Shown here: piece after piece, positions 35,396 through 49,047 of the stretch | Numbering within the stretch: the first letter of the stretch is position 1 | Layout: each line of letters starts with the position of its first letter | Origin: Lama glama | Lineage: Eukaryota | DNA: 64,000 nucleotides | Assembly: GCA_028534125.1 (NCBI GenBank) | Contig: CM052816.1 | Location: 19,222,001 to 19,286,000, forward strand | Reading direction: 5' to 3' | Made by a program: the position numbers and the translations under genes | The notes under the pieces: model-generated | What the model was told of the DNA's origin: nothing | The model's input: the letters and a program-made list of their open reading frames with translations, nothing else | Databases searched by the model: none

Positions 35396-38300
35396 GGTCC
35401 CTGGGGCCCTGGTTCGGGAAGCTGACCCTGGGCCAGCTGAGCCCGGCCAAACAGCTGTGGTCAAGGGCAGTGGAGGAACTCAAGAGAGAAAGGGCTGGTT
35501 CTCAGGCAGACTTGAGCTGACACTGGAGGGGTGAGATAAGGCAGGGAGACAAGAGTCTACAAATATTTAGAAAGTACTAACACCCAGGAAGGACAGGATC
35601 ACCTTGCCCAGTAACCAAATGTTTCAAGACATCAGGCAAAACTTTGACCATATTGACCATAAGTCACTTCTTTATATGAAAGTCTCACCAAGGGTGGAGG
35701 GGACAGCCTGACAGTGGACTCACTCTGGCAGCACATAGTGGACAGAGAGTGTTGGTCGGCCAACACAACCCTCAGAGGACTTTCCAGGATGGGGACAACA
35801 AAGAGACCTATGCAGGCAGGGTCTCCATGTCATCCTGGATGCTGAGCTTCTAGGGAGCGTGGGAGGAACTGTTCCACGCACATCCTAATAGTACAGGACC
35901 CTCCCCACAACACAACCTTCCCAGAGACAGGCCAATCACGACAAGATTCCCAGAACCCCTGAGCTTCTCATACAGATGGAAAAAGCCAGGACCAGAGAGG
36001 GTCAGGGACCTGCCCCCGTCACACAGGGCACAGCGAGAGTCAGAAATACTCCTTGTCTCTCCCAATGCCCCGAGTAGCCCCCTGCCCCATCAGCAAGGCC
36101 TTTGCATGTTTTAGCTGTACCAGGGGCCCCTCCCAAGCTGTTCAGCCTATTGCATAGCAGCTGACAAGTGGCCCTCGTGTGTTTGTGACAGGATCCATCT
36201 ACTTCATCATGGAGCTTTGCTGTAAAGTGTCCTCACTTCCCTAAACATGGTCTCTCCAGGGCTGACAGCACAGAGCAGAGCACACGCCCAGAGAGACGAC
36301 GGGAAAATGGGTATAAAATTACTTAATAACATCTGATTTACACACCAAGTTCTCTCAACCATAGGGACCCACTGGGAAAAGTCGAGGCAAGATGACCAAA
36401 GGTTTGATGGGTCTTTTAAAGTTTTGTTTGGTCGAAATGTTTGCTCTTATTTTAAAAACGTCTTTGTCGCAGATAAAATTGTTCTCTAATTTGGTCATAC
36501 ATTTGGATTTCATTATTTTCAGAATGTATTCCAGACATCTAAAATTAAACAGATGTCATCAACCCCGTTTAGACCCAAAGACTTGTAACCAAACAGTGAC
36601 TTCAGCCCCAGCGCAATACCGACTTGGAACACTGTGTTTTAGTCATTAAAAGTTTTAAAACTCTGCTCCATTTTTCTCATTTCCTATAATGAGATCTCGT
36701 CCCCCTCCCTAAAGTACGCCAGTTCTTCAAGGGTCAGTGGCAAGTCAAACTGGAGAGTAAAGCAAATTTAAATATGAAAAATGGAAGAGTGAAATGGGAA
36801 ATCCTTATCCGCTGAAGTCCTTACCGAGAAACTGAACCTCGGCTTCATCGCGAAGGAGGGGAAATGGTAAGGGCGAGAGACAGAAGCAGTGTGAGTGCAG
36901 GAAGGGGATTTGGCTTCTGAAGCCTGAATTGTTTTATCCTTCCTTTTCTGACAGGGATTAGATGAGCGAGAATCCTCCAAGCCTGCTCAAGGCGTCCTGG
37001 GGACAGTTAAGAAGAAAAGACAATTCTTTCTCTCCTCCGATCCTCATCTCCAAGCTCGCCCCCAAATGAATTTGTTAAACGGCATAAGCAGGCCGGAGGA
37101 ACGTGCCTGTTTGAGGTGCCCAGAATTCACAAGCAGGGGTACGCAGCCCTTGGGGCGGGCCTGAGCGGTGGCAGAGGGGCACGTGGCTCTGAGGTTTGGA
37201 GGTCACGTTTGGGGTCTGGCCTACGGGGCTTCATGACATCAAGAATAAGACAGAGAAGGGGATGAGAGAGGTACAGAGACCAGAGAGGACCTGTGCCCCT
37301 CCCACGGTACCTCCAGCTGCTCTGTTCTAAACACCTCGGCCAGCAAGCAGGCCTCTGCCGCTAAGCCCAGCCCCCCACCACACAGAGCAGGTGTCTCAGC
37401 CGGGCCTGCTGCCCTCGGGAGCCCACGCCAAACATGCCACTGCCCACTCAGCTCCCAACTCCGAAACTCAGCTCAAGCCCCATTCGGCGGGCTCTTTCCT
37501 TCCTCAGACACCTGCCTGGCTGGGGGACCCGACATCAGAGAAGGGAGGTGAGGAAAGCTCTGAGCCGCTCATCTAAGCTTCCTGATGCCACACAGCCTTC
37601 CCATCCTCCTCCCCATCAAATAACTCTGGTCCTCACTTCTCTGCCTGGGGCACCTCTGGGCAGAAAACTCCTCATGAAATGGGAAACCAGCTTGCTTCTA
37701 AAGCATGGCACCTCCCAGGGCTTGTGGCCCCAAACACCGGTTGCAGGGAGGGTGCTGAGCCCCAGGCCAGGACATGGCTATGGATCTGTTTCCATGGGAC
37801 TGGCAGACTTGGGTCTGCAAGGTTGACCCCAGGAGGCGAGGCAGGCAGGCAAAGGAACTCAAACACAGCGACCTCTGAGAGAGAACAAAGGCAAGGGGCT
37901 CCTGCGCAGGAGAGAAAGGTGACACCTCCAAAACACATGAAGGGCCCATTCTGGCCCTGAGTTAGACCTGCTCAGTGTGTTCCAAACATGTGAAACCACC
38001 TGAATACCTCCCCAAAGCCGGCTGCAAGTTCACAGATGCACTTACCCTTCAAGTCTTGAGCAAGTCAGCCTCCCTGGGCCTCGATTCTCTCGTCCACACC
38101 TCACGGTTGATTTGTGAGACTTTGCTCCCCACGACTGGCAAACAGCTTCATCACCAGTGTAAACCTGGATAGAGTAGCCCTGGCTGGCTGTCCGGAGCTC
38201 TCTGCTCAGAAGGACGGCATTCTCGGACTTCATCAGTGACATCTGCCTTAACTGTGGGAGGACAGAGAGGGAGAGCATTTAGTTTTCCTATTTGCCAACC

Positions 38301-39389
38301 CAGAAGCAACCCATCTTGTTTCACCAATGTGGAAACCGAGGCCCAGGGAAGCAGGTGAGCCTGTGAAAGAAGGTCACACATTAGAACAGAAGATCAAGCA
38401 TCCAAAACTCTTTACACTGGAAAACTAGGCTTTGCCAACTTGTATATTTTAATCTTCAGAATCCCTGGATTTAAATAATGTTAGATTTTTCAAAGCACCT
38501 CTAACCTATTATCTTAGAGTGAGCCCCACATGCCTGTAAGCAATGCATCAGGCAGGGGGAGACTGAGGTCAAACAGCTGGTGTGATGCTCAGCTTACACA
38601 GAGAACCAGTGACAAAGCAGACAAAACCCAGGCCAACCTGCCCACTTGACCACCTGCCTGTCAAGTTGGTGTTTTCACCCATCAATACTGAGATGCTGGA
38701 GCTGCCCGAGGGCATCATATGTCTGAGATGGGAGCCTGAGGAGGACGCAGAAAGAGAATTAGTTCAACTCACTGGGGAGTTTGGACCCACAGACAGTTTA
38801 TTTGTGGGAACCACCGAATGCCCTTGACATCACTTCTGAGACCTGGAGGAAGAGCCAGCTGACTGAGAAGACACCATTACCACCAGGGCCCCTGGAACCT
38901 ACTCCCACAAAAAACTTTTGGCCAGCTAATGTCATTCATTTCTCTAGTAAGTAGCTAGCAAAGCTCTGAGTACATACAGCAAATTGAAGTCACAAAAGGG
39001 ACCAATTAGCTGCTAATTATTTGCCTTACTGAAGGATTGGGTTTTTTGTTTTAACCCTAGGGTTTTTATAAATAGTGAGAGCCCTTCTACAAGCATTTCA
39101 GTACAATCCCACTCACAAAGACCCTGAGTACACCAGCCACTGAGAAGCACAAAGCTCCTCATAGGTCAGGACTTGACAACTGTCCTGCACAAAGCAACTG
39201 ACGAAAGGCTCCTGTCTGGTCTAAACACCAAGCCTGCCCACAGAAATGATCGGGGCAGGAGAGGGAGCATGACCACAGAAAGGATGCCAAGGAAAGTAGG
39301 CCTGGGCGCTAAGACAATCCCCAAAAGGGAAACTGGGAAAGCTCTGGTGCTTGTCGAACCTCAGAGATAAAACATTCCACAGGCATGGA

Positions 39390-40400
39390 TGGAGTCCCCA
39401 CTGAGCACCAGGCACAATACTAGACACTGAGTAAAACAGGGAACTAAACCAACAAGAATCCTGCCCTCCGAGAACTTACAGTGTGGTGGGATGTCAAGCA
39501 GATGCCAAATAGCCAGGCATCGTGAGTGCTAACTGTAAACTCAGCTTTGGACTCTAAAGTAAAGGAACTCTGGTCTAGCAGAGCTTTTAATTAAGGTACC
39601 TGAGCTGGCCTGAGGGTCAGGGAAGGCTTTGCCAGAAGTAACAGTTAAGTTTACATCTGAAGGATAAGCACAAGCATGGGTAGGGAAGAAAGTAGTCCAG
39701 CAGAAGGACCACTAAGAACAGGTGTCAGGGACCTGGGGTAGGAGGGAACATGATATGTTTGAGGAACTGGGTGAGGTGGCAGAAATGGCTGGGGAGCAAA
39801 GAGCAAGGCGCTGCATGACAAGGCTCACAGGGCACCCAGAGGAGCCTGGTCTTTACACAAAGGACAGTGGGACAGCATTGGAGGGCTTAAGCAGGTGAGT
39901 GCAAGGGTCAGTCTGTGTTTTGCAGAGATTGCTCTGGGTGCTGAGTGGAGGAAGGGCTCAGAAGACAAGGTAAGAGTGGGGCTGGGGGCAGCTAGGACGC
40001 TGCTGCAGCTGTCCAGGTGAGAGACAGAGGCGACTAGACTGGCTGCAGTGGGGATGGGCACAAGGGGAGGGATTCAAGAGCTGCAGGACATACGTTAGTT
40101 TACAAGACGCAGGGCTGGATCCCCTGGGTGGGGTTAGAGAGAGGGCATGTCAGGGATGCCTCCTGGGTGTCTAGCCGTGTGAATGGATGGACAGAGACAC
40201 ATTCCCTGTGATGGGGGACCCTGGAGGAGGTGGCAAGGTGGGTGTGCTGCAGTAGAAGAGACAGAGTGAGTCTCACAGCCCTTTGAGACAGCCCCGTGGA
40301 GACACAGAGCGTGCAGTTGAATATACGAGTCCCAGGGAAGGACGTGGGCGTGCGCAGCAATGTGGGTCCTTCCCAAGGGCTGTTCAGGGACAAGCCCCAG
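39390..40400 (-). mobile_element. L2 LINE fragment
   Basis: G/A-rich antisense L2: cctgccctccgagaacttacagt, tgtttgaggaactgg, cattggagggcttaagcagg, gcagttgaatatacgagt. Confidence 0.8.
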
Positions 40401-40589
40401 GATGTTACACCTCTTTGCCCACACCCCCTCTCATTTCCTCCTCCTGAATCTTCTCGCAAGGTGATTTCATAGGGAGGTTGCAAGATAGAGCTGCTTGCCA
40501 CGGAAGTCAGACACCTTGCATGAACAAAATTTCAGTCTTTTTCCCCTAAGGAAACAGCAAGAAAAAAACAGGCTTCAAATCTGGCCATG

Positions 40590-40795
40590 GGGATTAAGTG
40601 TAGACACTCAGAAGGACTTCCTGGCTCCAAGGGTGCAACCCTGGAATGCATTAGTAAGCAGGAGTCTGGGCTCTCCTACCTCTGAGGTCTCTGAGATCAG
40701 GGTAGATGGCTGTCTTTGGGGATTCCTGGAATGCAGTCCTGCCAAGAAGGCAGGAGATTGGACCTGATGATCCACCAAAGCTCCCTGGGCTCCCA
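40590..40795 (+). mobile_element. L3/CR1 3' end
   Basis: gaaggacttcctg...ggcaggagattggacctgatgatccaccaaagctccctgggctc matches the CR1 terminus. Confidence 0.65.
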
Positions 40796-40839
40796 AGTGA
40801 TTAAGCCGTAGTCACAGGAAGCCTGTATACCAGGTAACA

Positions 40840-41080
40840 ATCGCTCCATTCACCAAGCACTCCCCACGTGCAGGTATGGAGCCCAGGGGCTTTACGCTCA
40901 TTCCTTCATTTGATCCACACAATAATAGCCCTGGGTGAGCACTTCCCCATGTGAAAGATGTGGACACTGAGGCTCAGAGAGGTTAGGTAACCTACCTGAA
41001 ACCACACAGGAAGTAAGGTACACTACTGGGTTAGGAACCCTTGACTGACACCAAAGCCCATACTTCTCCCTTCTCCCCAA
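40840..41080 (-). mobile_element. MIR SINE
   Basis: agatgtggacactgaggctcagagaggttaggtaacct. Confidence 0.8.
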
Positions 41081-42890
41081 CTCCATTCTCACTCTTATTT
41101 AAAAAGAGCCTCATATTAAAGTGCTGTTAGAAACATTAGTAACATGGACTACAGACAGGGTGGAGACGACTTACAACAGCATTTTAATACAAACTGCACT
41201 ATAAATATATAAAGATAATCAAAGTTATAACAAACAGATTACACAAATGTATCCACAGAAGGAAAATTTGCTGCTCATTACCAGAAAAAAAAAACTGGGA
41301 GAAAAATATGTAAGCAATGTAGAAAGAGACAAAAGGTAAACTTTGTGCATATTTTAAAGGCATTCAATACATTTTGCCAAAGGGCTGTTCAGAAACACTG
41401 TGGCCACGTGCACCAGCATTATGGGAATGATCTGACTTCCCCATCCTCATAAAAGAGAAATTTCTAGATTGGTGAGAATTTGTCCATTCTTCATCATGAT
41501 ACAGATGTGTTACCTCATTGTCTTTTGTCTTTATGATGTTTTAGGTTTCTTTCTAGAAATTCAACTTTAATAATATAGTTTCCAAAGTTACTTATGTCTT
41601 GAAAGCTAAAGTCAAAGGTTCTGCACAGTTTAATTCTGTTCTCCATGGTTGATAAACCACCATGCCTGGTGAGTGACAGGAGAGGAAACCTGGGAAGGGA
41701 AGCAGGGACTCCCTGGCCCCTGGAGCTCACCCAACATGGCAGTGGTGACTGGCCTCAGCCTCAGCCAACACCCACTGTCCTGCCTCTGCAGCCTCAGAGC
41801 CACCTGGAGCTGCTGGACCTGTGCTTGGGGACACCCCTCTCCCCAGCCTCAGGTGGTAGCATGGTGCCCAAATAAGAGGGTTGCACAGGAATCTAGCTGT
41901 GCCTTTCAGGGGCCACAGCCCCTCGAGAGGGAGTTCCACACTCAGTCCGGGCCCTCCCCTGACCCAGTGCCCTGTCACAAAGACACACACATGCCCAGCA
42001 CGTCTCCAAAACCGTGAAGGATCAGAATGAGCCCATGTGACTCACTCTGCCCACAAGCCTGACAAAGCAGAGCAGGGAAACTGAGCCACCTGACTTTCCC
42101 TCCAGCCCCATGTGGAAAGAACTGGGCACCAATGGCACGCCATGCCCTCAAAACACACTCTTCTTGCCCATCACCCTACACTGTGGGCAAGGGGAGGGAA
42201 GAGCTGAGACGCATATGCCCATCTGTCCCCACATGGCTGCAGACAGGTCAGCTGACAAGCATCTGCCCAACACCCCATACTTCCCTCTGTGTCACCTCGA
42301 GATGGCAGGTAGTTGCTGCAGAAGGAACAAGACCTTCAGAGATAGGAGCAGGGGCCTGAGGTGAGCACCCCTACCCCCAGCTTTGCCAAAGCAGCTGCTC
42401 CTGCTGCGAGTGCAGAGCTTACAGTCAGAGAAGCTCTGTGGGCGATGGGTTCCGGAGCCGCGGGAAAGAGGCTGCCCAGGCGGGGGCTAGCAGACTCTGA
42501 CCACCAGGCTTCTTGGTCGAACCAAGGCTGTTCTCTCCCAGAAACGGGGCCCGAAGCCCCCTTGTGACTCTGCAGCCTCTTTCTCTCCCCCTTCCCCATG
42601 CTGCCCAGCTATGCAAACATAGGCATGTTTGGGGGAAGAACGGTGTTCATATTTAATAACCCTCAAATCTGGCTCCACATGTGGCTATTGTTAGGCAGAT
42701 TTAAACAGCAATTACAGAGGTACCTCCTTCCTCCTCAGCAACAATCGAGGCCCTTAATCCAGCTAAGACCCAGAGAGTTTAGGGTTGAGCTCACTGAGAT
42801 GAAGGTACCAGCTTAAGCAGGGCCTTCTCCGGGCTGGGGGAGCTGGAACACGGACAATAGGTCTCCCCACATTCACCCCTTCCTGCCAGC

Positions 42891-42915
42891 AAAAAAAAAA
42901 AAAAAAAAAAAAAAA
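42891..42915. repeat. Poly(A)25 tract
   Basis: Directly visible; not attached to a recognisable retroelement. Confidence 0.95.
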
Positions 42916-43944
42916 GGAGGGCGGCGGGCAAAGAAGGGACGGCCCGACTGAAGTCTCCATAATAATTCAGCTTCTAGAGAATTCATGCAGAACATTTGCA
43001 GAAATGCCTGCGCTGAAAATTCAAAAAGAGAAGCAACGTGCCCTGTGGCAGGTGAGGCTCAGGGTGAGACAGGGGTGAGGTCTTCCTCTTTCTAGAACAC
43101 TGGAGCCCCCTGGCTCCCTGATCTCAACAGGAGACAGCACAAACGCCTCAGCTTGGTTTTCAAGGGCACCCACAGTCTGACCAGAGGAGAACATACGTTT
43201 CCATAGAGGAAACACCATTGGAGAGATGGGACTGGATGTGTTGGAAGAGCCAAGTCGTGTGCCTTGAGGCACCTCCATCCCCTGAACCTTTGCTCCTGCC
43301 AGTTCCCCTGCCAGGAAACCCTTCCCTCCTGTAACGTCCAGCTCTAAGGTTCCCCTGCTTTCCTGGACTCAGTCTTCTGTGATTGCACTCACGGTATCTG
43401 CACAGGCTTAAGGGGCTTGCAGTACAGACAGCTTGTCCTCAGGGGACCAGTTCCACTTCCCTAGTTGGAGAAAAAGGCGCAGAAAGTCAGAGGCTGTGAC
43501 TTCTCTTCACTGGCCTGGGCTGGCTCACCAGCCCAACCCCCATTCTGAAAAGGCAGCTCTTTCTCCCTGACCCAGTGGCAGGGGAGGAAGTGAGCTCCCT
43601 GCCCCTGGAATCCCTCCCACATGGCTGGGAACCCTTTGCTGTGGATGGTGCGGGACACTGAGTGACTCCCCAGTCCCTTCTGGCCCCAGAGGCCTGTGAC
43701 TTTCTGATGAATCAGCACCTCTCCAGCTATACATGCTTTCAAGTCTGGATTTTCTCATCCAAGTTCTCTGAAGATAACATGGTTCTTCAAGGTATCACAA
43801 AACAATAATGAAAACCATTTGGTACAAAAGGCCAATTTTGGTCTCAAGAGGTAAAGAAACTGCAGCCAAAATGTACTGAGCATCTCATCCCTGCCAGGCA
43901 GGCACCCTGCTGGGGCTCACATGCTCCTTCCTGCAGAGTCTAAG

Positions 43945-44340
43945 AAAAATGGCTTTGCCTAGCCAGGACCGGATGTGAATCCCAGCATCACCACCTGTGA
44001 ACCCCACCTGTGTGACCCTGAGCAAGTTACTTCATCCTCTAATCCTCAACTTCCTCATCAGTAAAGGAATCACAAGGACAGTAATACCAAGTTTAGGGGG
44101 TTGTCGTGATGACTGGATTAAATGAGCTGACACAGTCATTCTCAAAGTGTGGTCCTGGGACCAGCAGCCTGGGAACTGGTTAGGAATGCAGATTCTCGGG
44201 CCTATCTTAGTCCTCCCGAACAGGAACCTCTGGAGGTGGGGCCCAGCAACCTGCTTGCACAAACCCTCCAGTGACTGATGCATGCAAGTCAGAGAATCAC
44301 TGAGCTGCGCGTGGGAGGTACTTAAGGATAAGCAGCTGGC
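43945..44340 (+). mobile_element. MIR interrupted by MER5A (44133-44302)
   Basis: MIR core ctgtgtgaccctgagcaagttacttcatcctct...ggattaaatgag; MER5A TIRs CAGTCATTCTCAAA...GAGAATCACTG. Confidence 0.85.
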
Positions 44341-45399
44341 GAGCGAGCTGTAGCCACTACTGCAGGAACCACCGCCTGACTCTCTCCCCTCTCCCCTCTC
44401 CCCTACTGGACCTGAGGCTCAGGAAAGTTAAATCACTTCTCCAAAGTTAAACAGCTGGAACCCAGGCAACACGACTCTGGAGGCCTTCCCACCACACCCT
44501 GGTCTCTTCCATTTAAAGCCCAAACCCTAAAGCACAGAAAGTATTCTCCACAGCGGTAAGCAGAGGCTAACATGGGTAAGGCCTGTTAACACTTGGCATA
44601 AACCTGCAAGGAGAGCAAAGAGACTAAGAAATGATCCCTCCAAAAACATGAGGGTGCAGAGCCTCTCTGGTCAGAGATGACGCCATTTATCCTCAGGAAT
44701 AAAGGACGTGGGATACACAAGCCGAGGGTTCTCCAGGACACAGCCGCAGGGTGCTCTCAGGAACACCCGGCCATCTTCACAGCACTATTTAAGCTGTGCA
44801 GGTCAAAGCATCTATTTCTTTAAGTACTTTTCAAACATTAAATGGAAAGTAGAATTATGAGCTAGTCAAGAGACTTTGCAACTTTCTCCATAGGACTTGA
44901 TTTCTCCGCCTGCAGAGAGGGTAGGCGCGAAGTGCTATTCACACCTGCAGTCCAGCTGTGGCCTCAGTGCTTTCTGAGCCTTAGTGCAGCCCTCTTCCTC
45001 CTCCTCCCAAGGACGGGGCCTCCTTGGCTTACGCTCCAGGCATCTGGGTGTGCACGCACCTACTGTGTGGGGGGCCCTCGCCACATCTGCAGTGGGAGCC
45101 TGAGCAAGCCCATGCCCCAGGCACAGGTGGAAACTGGAGTGCCGGCTTCTGGGAAAGTGTTTTGCAGAGAACTCAAGGAAGCCACTACGATGGCAGCTGC
45201 CCTGTTTCCCATCTCATCGTGTCACTCAAAATTAAAGACTCCTGTGGGGTCCTCTTCACCTCCAGGAGATAGTGCAGATCAGATTTCATCAGCCCAGCAC
45301 TTAGCACAACGCCTGGCAAGCACTAGGCTCCCAATAAATGTAACATATGTACCAAGTCCTAAAGAAACCTTCTCAGTGTGCCACATCCCTCCCCCCCAA

Positions 45400-45930
45400 G
45401 CCTCCCCGCCTTAGCAGAGTCTGCTAAGCTCGCCTGCCCTCCAGACTGTCACAGGGCCTGTGATGCCAACCTGAGTGGTTTTTACCTCACTTTCACTCAT
45501 GATACTCCAGACACCTTGGTGTCTTTTAATCCCACAAGGAAACCAAGCTCTGCTTCCCCCCTCCACGCCCTCTGCATATGCTAGTTTCTCTTCTGGAATG
45601 CTCCTCCCCCCATTCTTCAGTGGGCAGATTCCTCCTCAGTCTTTAGGCCTCAGCTTAAAAGTCACCTCCTTAGAAAAGCCACTCTCTCTAGACTAGGTCT
45701 CTCCTGTCACCTCTACCTGCCCTTCGTTTCTTTGATAGCACGCTTCCCAGCTTGCTGTCTCTCTAAGTGTCTTCACTTGTGTTCTGTCCAACGGTGCTCC
45801 TCCTTCCAATGAAGTGTCAGTTTCAGTAAGTGAGGACCACCTCTGTCCTGCTCACCCCCACATTCTCAGTGCCTGGCACACTGTAGCTGCAAACATACTT
45901 TTAGAATGGGTAGGTGAATGAATGAATTCC
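45400..45930 (+). mobile_element. L2 3' fragment
   Basis: cagcttaaaagtcacctccttagaaaagcc...cagtgcctggcacactgtag...gaatgaatgaa. Confidence 0.85.
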
Positions 45931-47274
45931 CAGAGAGAAAGACAAAAAGAAAAAGAAAAAGATCTAAAATGAATGAGGAGGGAGAGAACATCCCTGGCTG
46001 CAGGAGGTGGGGGGTTGGGCAGGGGGTTGCAGAGCCTGGCCAGGGGCAGACAAGGCTGCCACAGTGGCTTTGGACCTGCAGCAGGTGGACAGAGAGTGGC
46101 ACTGGAGAGCTCGCCAGAGACGGATGGTGACATTCTGCCCTGTCACCTGCTACCCCGAAACCAGAGCACTTCAAACAGGCACTAGGTCACGACCGCGAGG
46201 TGCAGGCTGGCGGCTGGGCCCTAAGGGTGGAGACCTTTCCCTTCCCAGCCTACCTGTTCTCAAGGTCTGCTTGGAGTCAAGGCCGGTGGCAGGGGATGGG
46301 GCCAGGCACCCAGAAGAGGGCAACAGCCTTCGGCACTGTGTTGGCTCCACCGGCAGGAGCCTGTTCCCTACATGTGTGCCCTGCTGGGGGAAAACTCAGC
46401 TCCAGGGCGGGGCGGGGCACCTACAGAGAACACGAGACCCTGCGCTTGGCCCCGAGAGAGGCCTGCCAGTGTTTCCAGTTTGTGAGTTTCTCGAGGCAGA
46501 TGTGTGCCAGACCGGGCTGGACGATCATCGTAACGTTTGCCTTTCATGGGCGTCTGAGCTTCTCCTTCCCAGACTTCTATTTGAAACAAGCTGTGATGGA
46601 TGGTCACGCTGATGGGAAGACTAACAGCTGGTCACCATTTATTTATGCAAAGAACCTCGTGTGGGGAGAGACTGCAACAGACCACATTGCCAACTAAAGA
46701 CCACTCTGTTACCGCGCACGGGCCCGCTGCCTGCGGCTTCCCACCCAGCACAGTCATCGCTTCCCCGTCGGCTGCTCCCGCTCAGGGAAGGGAGGGGAAT
46801 GAGAAGGGGTCTCTTCCCATTCCTGTCCTCACTCACTCCGTGGCCTTAGGCCCGAGTATTTATACAGCGGCTTTGACTGCTCACAGCCAGCTAGGTCCAT
46901 TAGTTGGATGTAAATAGCTCTCAGCTCTTCAAAGGCCAGGGCAAGCCATTCTGTGAGGTCTGAGTCAGCCCTGCCAGGGTCTCGCATTTCAAGCCTTATT
47001 CATCTTCCTGATAACTTCCATAAAGGGCCAGCACTGCCTTTTTGCTACGCCGGGCCTGCCAACAGCACCCCCAGTGGGATTTTTACAAGAAATTGGCATC
47101 CGCTGAGCTCCTACTGCATACAAAACTCCGGGGAGGGAAAGAAGAGCAGAAAATACATTCGCTGTATTTTAGGGAGCAAGGCACACACGGATAGGAAATC
47201 CTGTGGGTCAAATCACACAGAAATGCAAAGAAGCCCAGGTCAGGGTTGGCAGGGTGACTCAGGAGGGAGGAGAG

Positions 47275-47470
47275 CCTAGTGGCCAAGGCCATGGCCCTTG
47301 CTGTCAGAGACACTGGACTGGGGTTTGAATTTTAACTGCCTCTTTCTAACTTCGTGACTTGGAACAGGTGACTTCAACTCTCTGAGCTTAGGATTCTGGG
47401 GAGGACTAAATGAAATAGTCTACGAGAAGCACTGAGCATGGTGCCTGGCAGAAGGGAACCATTCAAAAAG
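47275..47470 (+). mobile_element. MIR SINE
   Basis: gggtttgaattttaactgcc...gtgacttggaacaggtgacttcaactctctgagc...gcatggtgcctggca. Confidence 0.8.
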
Positions 47471-47989
47471 CATCAGCTGTGGTTACTGTGGGAGCAGCTT
47501 TCTGGAGAAGGTGAGTTTTGAGGCTTTGGTAGAAGTGAGAGATTGAGACCCACTCCCCAGCTTGTCATCCTGCCCTTGATGGGTGGTGACATCAGCACAT
47601 GCTGCCTCTCTGATCTGGAGTCAGAGAAGAGGAAAGGAACAGGTACTGGTCCTCCAACCATGGACAGAACACTCCACTCTCAAGAGATACTGAGTCTTCC
47701 AGGAAAAGGGAATCAAAATCCCGTAGCAAATTAGCCCCATGGAAGAGACTAACCAGAAAGCACAGGGTCAGACAGTCCTCGGTCTGGGATAGCCCTGTCA
47801 CTTCAGGAAGCCAAGTCTGAGCCATGGCTGTGGGTCAGGGCACAGGGGTGATGGGTGCAGGGAACCAGCACACTTCTTGGCAACACTTCCTCTGTCTGAC
47901 TGCAGGGAGGAGCTTGAAGGAGAGGATCCTTGTATCCTGACAGGGAATTTTCACTGGCTTCCATTGCAAGCTCTTTGCCACCCTTTGTC

Positions 47990-48175
47990 TCAGAACACCT
48001 TCACAACTACCATGAGGGATAGGAGGAGCAGGTAGAAGCATCATCTGAAGTTTACAGAGGAAAAACCAAGGATCAGAGAGGTTAAGCAACTCATCCAATG
48101 TCACACAGCAAGGCGGTGGCAAACCTGGAACTCAAACCCCGTCTTCCAATGCCTGATCCAGTCCTCATGACCAGC
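47990..48175 (-). mobile_element. MIR SINE
   Basis: tttacagaggaaaaaccaaggatcagagaggttaagcaactcatccaatgtcacacagc. Confidence 0.85.
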
Positions 48176-48379
48176 CTTACCTGACTTTCTCCCTAGTATC
48201 CCCAGCTGCCAAAAAGCAGGACTGTTTAGACAGTTCAAGTATATACCACAGCACAAAAAACCCCTTCAACTAGTCATGAGACTCCATGGGCACAAACAAT
48301 GTAATACATATGGCCACTTTCCAGATGTTCCCAAGATGGCAGAAGAGTTCCCAGGGTTAAGACAAGTTCTCAAGAAGGA

Positions 48380-48655
48380 GCCAACTTAAGTTTTTGTCAA
48401 GAGTTAATGGCAAGATAAACCATAGCGTGTCCACCCTGTGGAATACTATCAACCACAAAAGAAGAATGAGGTTGACTTTGAAGTACTGGCATGGAAAGAA
48501 CACCAGGACACTGATGAGTGAAAACTGCAAGATGCTGGATGCAGCAGGAGACATTATCCCATGGATATGAAAAAAGCAGTGAAAATAAAACCACTGGATT
48601 CATAAACATACATGCACAGAAAAACATCTGGCAAGACCCATACTCTATAAGATAT
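48380..48655 (+). mobile_element. Old L1 (L1ME-like) 3' fragment
   Basis: gtggaatactatcaaccacaaaagaagaatgagg...catggaaaga. Probably resumes after about 49354. Confidence 0.6.
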
Positions 48656-49047
48656 TTTCCATGTACCTCTGCAGATCCACTCTGCACTCTTCTCCAGCCT
48701 GCTGTGTGCCCCAGGGGCTGACCTGAATGAATGGCATCAGTGGGTTGCCTTGCCTTCCAGCCAAGGGTGAGCACCAGCACGAGATCACGGGAATGGAAGA
48801 GAATGAGACTGGAGTATTCATTTTCCCAGTTTCCACCTATGGGCTCTCCCAAAACTGGCCATAGCCCTCAACCAAAGGTTCTGGCTCCTTTCAAGACACC
48901 CCACTCTTCTCCCAGGTTCAGTTCCTTGGGCTCAAAGGTGAGAAAGGCTTCCCTGGGGGATTGCACGATGACTTTATATACTGTCCCCCTATTAAAACAT
49001 CCTCAAATTATCCCAGTTAGAATGTGCCATCTGTTTCCTCCTATGAC
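48655..49047. mobile_element. LTR16-like ERVL LTR
   Basis: ccactctgcactcttctccagcctgctgtgtgccccaggggctgacctg...gaatgtgccatctgtttcct; family recalled from consensus. Confidence 0.6.

Noticed and set aside
43004..43057. Plus-strand ATG...CAG|GTGAGG mini-exon (MPALKIQKEKQRALWQ)
   Set aside because: Peptide not recognised, with no promoter or downstream exon support; such donors are frequent by chance.
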